A stretch of DNA of 64,000 bases from Actinomycetota bacterium (lineage in GTDB: Bacteria > Actinomycetota > Acidimicrobiia > Acidimicrobiales > JAJPHD01): positions 103,838-167,837 of the forward strand of contig JAJPHD010000018.1 in the NCBI GenBank assembly GCA_021325455.1, given 5' to 3'. The position numbers and the translations under genes were made by a program. Shown in pieces: positions 51,119 to 59,348 of the stretch. The notes beneath the pieces were generated by a model. It worked only from the letters and a program-made list of their open reading frames with translations. It ran no database searches and was not told the DNA's origin. The stretch's first letter is position 1; every line of letters begins with the position of its first letter.

Positions 51119-52881
51119 GGCATGCCGACCACGCCGGCCGTGACCGCCCCCTCGATGGCATCGGTGATCTGGGATCCCACCAGCTCGTCGTTGCTGATGA
51201 GGGCGTCGCGCAGGGCTTGGACGATGTGGAGGTGCTCGGCGACCATGCGCCGGGCGTCGCCCTTGGCTTCCTCCAGGATGCTCTCCACGGCGGCCCGCCC
51301 GTCGTCCGATCCGAGCACCTTGGCCACCAGGTTGGCCTCCCTGCCCAGGCTGACGGCGTCGAAGGAGACCAGGGAGCCAGCCATCCCGAAGCTGCCCACC
51401 ATCTGGGCTGCCATCTTGGTGGCCGAGGCGAGGTCGCCCCCCACACCCGAGGTGGTGTCACCGAGGAGCTCCTCCTCGGCCGCCATGCCCCCCATGGCTA
51501 TCTGGATGAGAGCCCGCAGCTCGGAGTGGGTGCGGGTGAAGCGCTCCTCGGTCTCGGTGTGGGCCAGCAAGCCGAGGGCCGGGCCCCGCTTGACGATCGA
51601 GAGCACCTCGAGCCGCCGCCCCTTGCCGACCAGCCAGGCCACGGCGGCGTGGCCGGCCTCGTGGGTGGCGATGGCGCGGCGCTCGGCCGGGGTGTACTCG
51701 ACGGGCTGGGGGAGCCCGATCTCCTCGGTCATCTTGGCCCGGTTGAGGTCCTCCCACGTCATCTGGTCCCCGCCCCGGCGGAGGGCCCAGACCAAGGCCT
51801 CGTCCAGCAGGTGCTCGATCATGACCGGCGAGTAGCCGAAGGTGAGGTCTGCCAGGGCGTCCCTCCGCACCGGGTCGTCCAGGCCCGGGTCGTGTGACTT
51901 GCGGTCCAGGTAGTAGTCGATGATCTCGCGCCGGCCCGCCCGGCTGGGGAGGTCGAAGTAGATGCTGCGGTCGAACCGCCCCGGCCTGAGGAGGGCCGGA
52001 TCGAGGTCGGCGGCCCGGTTGGTGGCCCCGATGACGAGGACGTTGGCTGGGGAGCTGTGCCGCCGCCGCAGCTGGAGGCCGGGAGGCAGCCACCGGTTGA
52101 GGGCCTCGATGGCGGCGCCCGCCAGGCGGACCCCGGCCGTGGGGGAGTCGAACGACTGGAGCTGTATCAGGAGCTCGTTGACGACCCCGGAGATCCCCTC
52201 CCCCCGCCCCCCCATGCCGGCCCGGGTGGAGCCAATGGCGTCGATCTCCTCGATGAAGCCTATGGCCCCCCCCTCGGCCCGGGCCGCCCGGCGCAGGGCC
52301 CGGAAGAAGGCCCGGATGCGCCGGTTGGTCTGGCCGTAGTACATGGACTGGAAGGCCGAGGAGGAGACGAACAGGAACGGCACGCCGGCCTCCCCGGCCA
52401 TGGCCTTGGCCATGTGGGTCTTACCCGTGCCCGGGGGCCCCTCGAAGAGCACCGCCCTCCTGGGGGTCCCGCCCATCTGCTCCCGGAAGGACCTGTAGGC
52501 GAGGAAGAGGTTGAGGGTCTTCACCACCTCCTCGACCAGCACCGGGGATCCCTTGACGTCGTCCAGGGTCACCCCCGTGTCTCCCGGGCGGTACAGGACG
52601 TGCGGGGACCGGCCCGTTCCCACGAGCGGTACCGCCAGCACCAGGCCCAGGAGCACCACGATGAGCAGCGCCGGCCCGAACGTCCCCAGCCAGCCGAAGT
52701 GCACCCACCGGGGAAGGACGGGAGCCTGGGTGATGGTCCGCCACCAGAGCCAGGCCGCTACCACAGCCAGCAGAGCCAGCAGGCGGCGCAGGCGGCGGAG
52801 GCGGGCCCGTTCCCTCGCCGCCGCCACATCGGCCCGCGACCCCTCCACCAGCTGCGCCCGTGACAGAAGCTTCAGCTCCAT
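51115..52881 (-). CDS. FtsH-like AAA+ zinc metalloprotease paralogue with minimal ectodomain
   Basis: Two TM helices about 14 aa apart. Walker A GPPGTGKTH, Walker B IGFIEEIDA, SRH ATNRAADLDPALLRPGRFDR, zinc motif HEAGHAAVAW. Confidence 0.85.
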   Translation of the reverse strand: MELKLLSRAQLVEGSRADVAAARERARLRRLRRLLALLAVVAAWLWWRTITQAPVLPRWVHFGWLGTFGPALLIVVLLGLVLAVPLVGTGRSPHVLYRPGDTGVTLDDVKGSPVLVEEVVKTLNLFLAYRSFREQMGGTPRRAVLFEGPPGTGKTHMAKAMAGEAGVPFLFVSSSAFQSMYYGQTNRRIRAFFRALRRAARAEGGAIGFIEEIDAIGSTRAGMGGRGEGISGVVNELLIQLQSFDSPTAGVRLAGAAIEALNRWLPPGLQLRRRHSSPANVLVIGATNRAADLDPALLRPGRFDRSIYFDLPSRAGRREIIDYYLDRKSHDPGLDDPVRRDALADLTFGYSPVMIEHLLDEALVWALRRGGDQMTWEDLNRAKMTEEIGLPQPVEYTPAERRAIATHEAGHAAVAWLVGKGRRLEVLSIVKRGPALGLLAHTETEERFTRTHSELRALIQIAMGGMAAEEELLGDTTSGVGGDLASATKMAAQMVGSFGMAGSLVSFDAVSLGREANLVAKVLGSDDGRAAVESILEEAKGDARRMVAEHLHIVQALRDALISNDELVGSQITDAIEGAVTAGVVGMP

Positions 52882-53031
52882 CTTGACTCCCGTCCTCCCG
52901 GCGAGTCAGGAGTCGGCCCCCCCGACTCGGTGCTGTCACTCTAGACGGGCGCGGGACCCCGGCCCGGTCGTGGTGGGCCGGGGAGGCATGGCCCCCCCAT
53001 GACGGGGTGAGGCCGGCGGGCGGGTTCCCCC

Positions 53032-53535
53032 CTACCCGGCCGCCCCGCCGGCTTGGTCCAGCCCCTCAGCGAGGGTGTTCCACGACAGCGTGGCGCACTT
53101 GATCCGGACCGGGAACTTGACCACCCCTTGGAGGGCGGCCAGGTCGCCCAGGTCCCCGATGGTGGAGGGGTCGAGGGCGCCCGCCCCGTCGTCGTCCTCC
53201 CCGTCGCCGCCCCCGGCATCCAGGTGCGCCTCGTGGATCGACATCATGGACTTGAAGGTCCTGATGAGAGAGCGCACCTCGGCCACCGAGCGGCCCTTCA
53301 CCGCCGCCGACATCATGGAGGCCGACGACTGGCTGATCGAGCAACCCTGTCCCCCCACCTTCAGGTCGCTCACCTTGTCCCCCTCCACCTTGATGTAGAG
53401 CACTATCTCGTCCCCACAAAGCGGGTTGAACCCCTCCACCCGCAAGGCCGGGGGGCAGTCCAGCTCCCCCCGGTTACGGGGGTTGCGGTAGTGGTCGAGA
53501 ATGATCTCCCGGTACAGGTCCTCAAGCCCGGGCAT
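53032..53535 (-). CDS. sufU: SUF-system Fe-S/sulfur-transfer protein SufU (NifU/IscU-like)
   Basis: The sequence LYREIILDHYRNPRN, NPLCGDEI, GQGCSISQSSASMM and KCATLSWNTL matches SufU. It includes an acidic Gly/Asp insertion. Confidence 0.9.
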   Translation of the reverse strand: MPGLEDLYREIILDHYRNPRNRGELDCPPALRVEGFNPLCGDEIVLYIKVEGDKVSDLKVGGQGCSISQSSASMMSAAVKGRSVAEVRSLIRTFKSMMSIHEAHLDAGGGDGEDDDGAGALDPSTIGDLGDLAALQGVVKFPVRIKCATLSWNTLAEGLDQAGGAAG

Positions 53536-53565
53536 GCGCTCTCCCTGACACCATGTCTCCCGAAC

Positions 53566-54855
53566 CTAGAAGAAGAGCTTCCCGGCCTCGGCCAGAGCCT
53601 CCCCCAGGGCGTCGACGTCGGCCTCGTCGTTGTAGAGGTAGAAGGATGCCCGCGCCGTGGCCGGGACCCCGAGCCTGCGCATGAGCGGCTTGGCGCAGTG
53701 GTGGCCCGCCCTCACGCACACCCCGGACTGGTCGAGCACCTGGGACAGGTCGTGGGCGTGCACGTCCTTGTAGGCGAGGGACAGCACGCCGCCCCGAAGG
53801 GCCACGTCGGCGGGGCCGAAGATGCGCAGGTCGTCGCCGTGGCGGTCCGCCAGGCTCCTCAAGGCGTAGGACGTGAGGGCCACCTCGTGGGCGCGGACCG
53901 CATCCAAGCCGATGGCGGAGAGGTAGTCGATGGCCGCCCCCAGGCCGACCGCCTCGGCTATGGGGGGTGTCCCGGCCTCGAACTTCCAGGGCACCTCGTT
54001 GGTGGAGAAGCCGTCCAGGCGGACGTCGCTTATCATCTCGCCGCCGCCCAGGAAGGGCGGCATCTCCTCCAGCAGCTCCCGGCGGGCCCACAGGCACCCG
54101 ATGCCGGTGGGGCCGAGCATCTTGTGCCCCGTGAACCCGAAGAAGTCGCAGCCCAGCTCCCTCACCCGCGTGGTGATGTGCGGCGTGTACTGGGCCCCGT
54201 CCCCCAGCACCAGCGCCCCGGCGCCATGAGCCGCCTCGGCCACCTGGGCCACGGGGTTGATGGTGCCCAGCACATTGGAGACCAGGGTTATGCCCACGAG
54301 CTTCACCCCGTCCAGGAGGCGCTCCAGGTCGGAGAGGTCGAGCAGGTAGTCCTCTCCCACCGGCAGATAGCGGAGCTCGAGGCCCCGCTCCTCGGCCAGC
54401 ATCAGCCACGGGACAAGGTTGGCGTGGTGCTCCATCTCGGTGAGGAGCACGGCGTCCCCGGGGCCCAGGTGGCGCCGGCCCCATGTCTGGGCCACCAGGT
54501 TGATGGCCTCGGTCACGTTCTTGGTGAACACCACCTCTGAGGCCGACCCCGCCCCGATGAAGCGGGCGACCTTGGCCCGGGCCTCCTCGTAGCGCCTCGT
54601 CGCTTCCTCGGCGATGGCGTACACGCCCCGGTGCACGTTGGCATGGGTCGTCTCGTAGTACTGGTCCATGGCCTCCAGCACGGCTCGAGGCCGCTGGGAC
54701 GACGCCGCCGAGTCCAGGAAGACCAGGCGCCGCCCGTAGACCTGGCGCCCGAGGACCGGGAAGTCAGCCTTGATGCGGGCCACGTCCAGCTGTCCCTCCC
54801 TGGCTCGGGGCTGCAGCGCGGGCCCGGTGCCGGCAGCGGCGGTGGTGCTGGTCAT
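53566..54855 (-). CDS. sufS: Cysteine desulfurase SufS (class II aminotransferase V)
   Basis: ORF 53566..55224 was trimmed to ATG 54855, which forms an ATGA overlap with the sufC stop. Motifs FLDSAASSQRP, HANVHRG, PLP-Lys FTGHKMLGPTG, and catalytic RAGHHCAKP. Confidence 0.9.
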   Translation of the reverse strand: MTSTTAAAGTGPALQPRAREGQLDVARIKADFPVLGRQVYGRRLVFLDSAASSQRPRAVLEAMDQYYETTHANVHRGVYAIAEEATRRYEEARAKVARFIGAGSASEVVFTKNVTEAINLVAQTWGRRHLGPGDAVLLTEMEHHANLVPWLMLAEERGLELRYLPVGEDYLLDLSDLERLLDGVKLVGITLVSNVLGTINPVAQVAEAAHGAGALVLGDGAQYTPHITTRVRELGCDFFGFTGHKMLGPTGIGCLWARRELLEEMPPFLGGGEMISDVRLDGFSTNEVPWKFEAGTPPIAEAVGLGAAIDYLSAIGLDAVRAHEVALTSYALRSLADRHGDDLRIFGPADVALRGGVLSLAYKDVHAHDLSQVLDQSGVCVRAGHHCAKPLMRRLGVPATARASFYLYNDEADVDALGEALAEAGKLFF

Positions 54856-55601
54856 GCCGCCCTCCATGCCTCGTAGCCCTCGGACTCCAGGCGCTGGGCC
54901 AGCTCCGCTCCCCCCGACTCCACCACCCGCCCGTCGATGAGCAGGTGGACCCGGTCGGGCGTGAGCTCCTCGAGGATCCTCTGGTAGTGGGTGATCACGA
55001 GGGCACCCAGATGGGGACGAGCCTGGCGCACGGCCTGCACTCCTCGGGCGACCACCCGCAGGGCGTCGATGTCCAGGCCGGAGTCCGTCTCGTCCAGGAT
55101 GGCCATGTCGGGCTCCAGCACCGCCATCTGCAGGATCTCGTTCCGCTTCTTCTCCCCCCCGGAGAAGCCCTCGTTGAGGTAGCGATCGGCGAAGGAGGGG
55201 TCCATGCCCAGCCGCTCCATCCATTCCATGATCGACACGCGCAGCTCGAGCACCGACAGGTCCATGCCCCGCCGGGCGGAGAGAGCCTGGCGCAGGAACT
55301 GCACCACCGGGACGCCCGGTATCTCCTCGGGGTACTGGAAGGCCAGGAACATGCCCGCCTTCCCCCTGACGTCAGGCGCCCACCCCGTCACGTCCTCGCC
55401 CCGGAGCAGGATCTGGCCCGCCGTCACCTCGTAGTCCGGGGCGCCCAGCAGGGTGTTGGCCAGGGTGGACTTTCCCGACCCGTTGGGTCCCATGAGGGCA
55501 TGCAGCTCGCCTTCGCCGACGCAGAGGTTCACCCCGCGCAGGATCTCCTGGCCCTGCACGGCCACATGCAGGTCCCGTACCTCGAACAGGGGAATGCTCA
55601 C
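54852..55601 (-). CDS. sufC: Fe-S cluster assembly ATPase SufC (canonical copy)
   Basis: GTG at 55601. Walker A GPNGSGKST, Q-loop FLAFQYPEEIPGV, signature FSGGEKKRNEILQ, Walker B ILDETDSGLD, H-loop ITHYQRIL. Confidence 0.95.
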   Translation of the reverse strand: MSIPLFEVRDLHVAVQGQEILRGVNLCVGEGELHALMGPNGSGKSTLANTLLGAPDYEVTAGQILLRGEDVTGWAPDVRGKAGMFLAFQYPEEIPGVPVVQFLRQALSARRGMDLSVLELRVSIMEWMERLGMDPSFADRYLNEGFSGGEKKRNEILQMAVLEPDMAILDETDSGLDIDALRVVARGVQAVRQARPHLGALVITHYQRILEELTPDRVHLLIDGRVVESGGAELAQRLESEGYEAWRAA

Positions 55602-55618
55602 GTCCCGAGTCTATTAGC

Positions 55619-55637
55619 ACTACGGGCGTAGGGGAAA
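55619..55637 (+). promoter_or_regulatory. ACTA-N4-CGTAGGGGAAA element shared with the sufB upstream region (39040-39058)
   Basis: 15 of 19 positions are identical between the two intergenic sites, including an exact 11-mer CGTAGGGGAAA. It lies in the 53-nt divergent region between sufC(-) and the debranching-enzyme gene(+). Confidence 0.3.
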
Positions 55638-55654
55638 CCTAGAGAGGGACCAAG

Positions 55655-57967
55655 GTGCCCTGGTCCCCTGACGGGAGCCTGCCCCCAACCGGGGGCCCGT
55701 ATCGGTGCCGCCGCCGGCGGCCCCGGGGGCAGCGGCCCGGGTCCTATGCTGCGCCCCCGGTGGAAGACGCCTCGGCACTCGGGCACGGTCCCGGCCCAGC
55801 CCCGGGCTGGGCCCCCTTCCCCAGCCACCCTGGGCTGGACGGCACGGTGACCCTGGTCGAGGGGGCGACCTTCTGCGTGTGCGACCCCAGCGGGGACCTG
55901 GTGGCGGAGCGGCCCGAGGGCCTGTTCATGCGGGACACCCGGTTCCTCTCCCGCTGCGAGCTGCGCGTGAACGGTGGTCGCCCGGAGCGCCTGGCCGTCT
56001 CGTGCCAGGATCCTTTCAGCGCCATCTTCGTCTCGAGAGCCCGTTCGGGGGCCAGTGAGCCCGGCCATGCCGGCGAGGACGGGCTGTCGGGCACGACGGG
56101 GCCCCCCAGCCTCATGGTGTTCCGGTCCCGGTACGTGGGCCGGGGGATGCGCGAGGACATCCGGGTCCGCAACTTCGGTGCTGAACCGGCCTATTGCCTG
56201 GTCGAGCTGTTCCTGGACGGGGACTTCGCCGACGCCGCCCAGGTGAAGGCGGGGCGGGTGGGGGTAGCGGACTCCGACCGCTCGGCGGAGGTTGTCGACG
56301 GGTCGCTTGTCCTGCGCTACCGCAGGGGGGCATCGACGCGGGAGACCAGGGTCAGCTTCAGCCACCCCATGACCGTGTCCGGTCTCCTGGCCAGCTCCGA
56401 GGTCATCGTGCCGGCGGGGGGGGAGTGGTCGGTGTGCCTGCAGGTCTCCATGGCCGTGGACGGGACTGCCATCGAGCCCCGGTACCTCTGTGGCCAGCCG
56501 GTGGAGCGGGCCACCCCGGCCGCCCGGCTGGCCCGCTGGCGGCGGGAGGTCCCCTTGGTGGAGACCGACCACGAGGGCCTGCGCGCCATGGTCGGCCGCA
56601 GCGCCGAGGACCTGGGCGCCTTGAGGCTGTTCGACCCCGAGCACCCCGAGCGCGCCGTGGTGGCTGCCGGCGCCCCCTGGTCCATGCAGCTCTACGGCCG
56701 GGACTCCCTGCTCACCTCGTGGATGGCCCTGCTGGTGGACCCGGACCTGGCCTTGGGGGTCCTCCAGACCCTGGCCCGGTTCCAGGGGCAGCGGGAGGAC
56801 CCCCGCACGGAGGAGGAGCCGGGGCGGATCCTGCACCGGGTGCGGTTCGGGGACGCGCCGACCGGATTGGGGCATGACGCCGCCCCCTACTACGGCTCCG
56901 CCGACGCCACCCCTCTGTTCGTCATGGTCTTGGGGGAGCTGCGCCGCTGGGGCCTGGCCCGGGAAGTGGTGGACCGCCTGTTGCCCCATGCGGACAGGGC
57001 GCTGGCCTGGATCGAGGAGTACGGGGACCGGGACGGGGACGGCTACGTCGAGTACCAGCGGGCCAGCGACCGGGGCCTGGCCAACCAGGGCTGGAAGGAT
57101 TCGCCCGACGGGATCCGCTATGCCGATGGGCACCTGGCCCGGGCCCCCATCGCCCTGTGTGAGGTTCAGGCTTACGTCTACAGCGCCTACCTGGCCCGGG
57201 CCCATTTCGCCCGCGAGGTGGGGGACACCGTCACCGCCGAACGCTATGGCCGCAAGGCCGCCTCGCTGCGGGAGGCCTTCAACCGGGACTTCTGGCTGGC
57301 CGACCGGGGGTGGTACGCGGTCGGCCTGGACCCGGACAAGGCCCCCATCGATTCCCTCACCTCCAACATCGGCCACTGCCTGTGGACCGGGATAGTCGAC
57401 GAGGACAAGGCCCCTGCCGTGGCAGCCCGTCTGTCCTCTCCGGCCCTCTCCAGCGGCTGGGGCCTGCGCACCCTGGCCAAGACCATGGGGGGCTACAACC
57501 CGCTCAGCTACCACTGCGGCTCGGTGTGGCCCCATGACAGCGCCATCGCCGCCGCCGGGCTGATGCGCTACGGCTTCGTGGCCGAGGCCCAGCGGATCGT
57601 CACCGCTCTCATGGACGCGGCCCGCTGCCAGGGCGGAAGGCTCCCCGAGCTGTACGCCGGTCTTGACCGCTCCGAGCTGCCCATGGTCGTCAGCTACCCG
57701 GCATCCTGCTCCCCCCAGGCCACGGCGGCAGCCTCCCCGCTCCTGGTCCTGCGCACCCTGTTGCGCCTGGACCCCTGGGTGCCCTGGGGACAGGTGCTGC
57801 TTTGCCCCGCCCTCCCGGAGGGGATGGGCTACCTGCGCGTGGACCGCATCCCGCTGGGAGGAAGCCGGGTGACCGTGGAGGTCTCTCACGATGAGGTGAA
57901 GGTCGAGGGCCTGCCCCCGGGGCTGGAGCTGCGCCTGGAGGCCCGCCAGCCGACCACGGCGGTATAG
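55655..57967 (+). CDS. Amylo-alpha-1,6-glucosidase / glycogen-debranching-enzyme-like protein (GDE_N + GDE_C)
   Basis: N-terminal LVEGATFCVCDPSGDL..GLFMRDTRFLS. The (alpha/alpha)6 region carries GYVEYQR, NQGWKDSPDGI and YHCGSVWPHD. The GTG 55655 start is uncertain. Confidence 0.85.
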   Translation: MPWSPDGSLPPTGGPYRCRRRRPRGQRPGSYAAPPVEDASALGHGPGPAPGWAPFPSHPGLDGTVTLVEGATFCVCDPSGDLVAERPEGLFMRDTRFLSRCELRVNGGRPERLAVSCQDPFSAIFVSRARSGASEPGHAGEDGLSGTTGPPSLMVFRSRYVGRGMREDIRVRNFGAEPAYCLVELFLDGDFADAAQVKAGRVGVADSDRSAEVVDGSLVLRYRRGASTRETRVSFSHPMTVSGLLASSEVIVPAGGEWSVCLQVSMAVDGTAIEPRYLCGQPVERATPAARLARWRREVPLVETDHEGLRAMVGRSAEDLGALRLFDPEHPERAVVAAGAPWSMQLYGRDSLLTSWMALLVDPDLALGVLQTLARFQGQREDPRTEEEPGRILHRVRFGDAPTGLGHDAAPYYGSADATPLFVMVLGELRRWGLAREVVDRLLPHADRALAWIEEYGDRDGDGYVEYQRASDRGLANQGWKDSPDGIRYADGHLARAPIALCEVQAYVYSAYLARAHFAREVGDTVTAERYGRKAASLREAFNRDFWLADRGWYAVGLDPDKAPIDSLTSNIGHCLWTGIVDEDKAPAVAARLSSPALSSGWGLRTLAKTMGGYNPLSYHCGSVWPHDSAIAAAGLMRYGFVAEAQRIVTALMDAARCQGGRLPELYAGLDRSELPMVVSYPASCSPQATAAASPLLVLRTLLRLDPWVPWGQVLLCPALPEGMGYLRVDRIPLGGSRVTVEVSHDEVKVEGLPPGLELRLEARQPTTAV

Positions 57968-58003
57968 CCACCCCTTGGTACCCCCGGTGGAGGGGTCCCC
58001 GGC

Positions 58004-58630
58004 TCAGGCCGGTGACCCCCCGGCACGGTCGGCACCGTCCGGCCCCATCGGCGGTGAGGGCTGCCACTCCGTGACCAGGCCGTCCAGCTCCGGTCGATGG
58101 GGAGCGGGGGGTCGCCCGCCGGGCAGACTGCCCAGGTAGAGGAAGCCCACGACGGCGTCCTCCGGGCGGAGGCCGAGGGCGGCCTTGACCTCGGGGTCGT
58201 AGGCGGCATCCCCCGTGCGCCACATGGAGCCGTACCCGAGGTCGGTGGCGGCGAGCAGGGCATTCTGGGCCGCCGCGGCGGCCGAGGCCAGCTGCTCGGG
58301 CTCGGGAACCTTGGGATGGGGGCGGACGCGGGCGGCCACCACGAGCACCAGGGGGGCCCGGCCCAGCTTGCCCCTCTCCTTGGCCAGCTGGCCCTCGGTG
58401 GGCTCCTGGCCCCTGGCCCGGCAGCGGGCGGCGTAGGCGTTGGCCAGCACCTCGCCCATGGCGTCCTTGGCCTCCCCGGCCAGCACCACGAAGAGCCAGG
58501 GGCGCAGGTGCTCGTGGTCGGGAGCCGAGGCGGCTGCCTCCAGGATGCGGCGCAGGTCGGTGGGGCTGGGCGCAGGAGGGCCCAGGCGGCTCGCCGAACG
58601 GCGGGCGGCAATGGCGGTGAGGGTCTCCAT
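58004..58630 (-). CDS. Nitroreductase family protein
   Basis: The sequence AIAARRSASRL..L..ILEAAASAPDHEHLRPW, AAQNALLAATDLGYGSMW is the typical NfnB/nitroreductase fold signature. Confidence 0.85.
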   Translation of the reverse strand: METLTAIAARRSASRLGPPAPSPTDLRRILEAAASAPDHEHLRPWLFVVLAGEAKDAMGEVLANAYAARCRARGQEPTEGQLAKERGKLGRAPLVLVVAARVRPHPKVPEPEQLASAAAAAQNALLAATDLGYGSMWRTGDAAYDPEVKAALGLRPEDAVVGFLYLGSLPGGRPPAPHRPELDGLVTEWQPSPPMGPDGADRAGGSPA

Positions 58631-58643
58631 GGGCCGGGGCCTT

Positions 58644-59273
58644 CTACCAGCCCCTGTCCACCCACTCCTGGAGGTGAGGGCGCTCGGTGCCGATGGTGGT
58701 GTCCGCCCCGTGGCCGGGCATGACGATGGTCGCGGGGGGCAGAGAGGCGAAGAGCCGGCGCTCGATGGAGTTGATGATGGTGGGGAAGTCGCCCAGGTCC
58801 GTCCGGGTGTTGCCCGGGCCGCCGGGGAACAGCGTGTCTCCTGACAACAGGACCGGCGAGCCCTCGATGCGGAAGCACATCGAGCCGGGCGTGTGCCCGG
58901 GAGTGTGGATGGTGTGCAGGCGCAGCCTGCCCACCGGCACCACGCTCTCGTCCTCCAGGAGGTAGTCGTAGGAAGGGAGCATGCTGGCGTCCTCGGCGGT
59001 CACCCCCACGGCTATGCCGGCCTCCCGCACGGCCGGTACGGCCTGGATGTGGTCCCAGTGCCCGTGGGTCTCGATCACCGTGGCCACCCCGAGCGACCGG
59101 CACAGCTGGAGCAGCTTCTCGTGTTCGTTGGCGGCGTCCACGAGCACGGCCTCGCCGCTTTGGCGGCAGCGGACCACGAAGACGTTGTTGTCGATGGGCC
59201 CCACCACCAAGCGGTGGATGTCGACCTGGCTGTCCCGGTAGTGGAGGGTGGGTGCTTCCTGGGCCTGGGGCAT
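58644..59273 (-). CDS. MBL-fold metallo-hydrolase (glyoxalase II-like)
   Basis: Motifs THGHWDH, TPGHTPGS, and a late PGHG. 209 aa. Confidence 0.85.
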   Translation of the reverse strand: MPQAQEAPTLHYRDSQVDIHRLVVGPIDNNVFVVRCRQSGEAVLVDAANEHEKLLQLCRSLGVATVIETHGHWDHIQAVPAVREAGIAVGVTAEDASMLPSYDYLLEDESVVPVGRLRLHTIHTPGHTPGSMCFRIEGSPVLLSGDTLFPGGPGNTRTDLGDFPTIINSIERRLFASLPPATIVMPGHGADTTIGTERPHLQEWVDRGW

Positions 59274-59348
59274 CTTGACCGCCCGGTCTAGTAGCTTCGT
59301 CGTTGGGCCGTCCAGCGTAGGCGGTGGCGAAGCAGTCCTGGAGAGAGA

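Noticed and set aside
55598-57889. Very long antisense ORFs (for example 55598-57889, 6900-8744, 4075-5520, 250-1815, 17345-18958, 26340-27839, 22891-24522)
   Set aside because: Their translations are Arg/Pro/Gly/His-rich with no recognisable motifs. Each lies exactly antisense to a gene with clear homology. This is the expected stop-codon-poor frame artefact in roughly 70% GC DNA.
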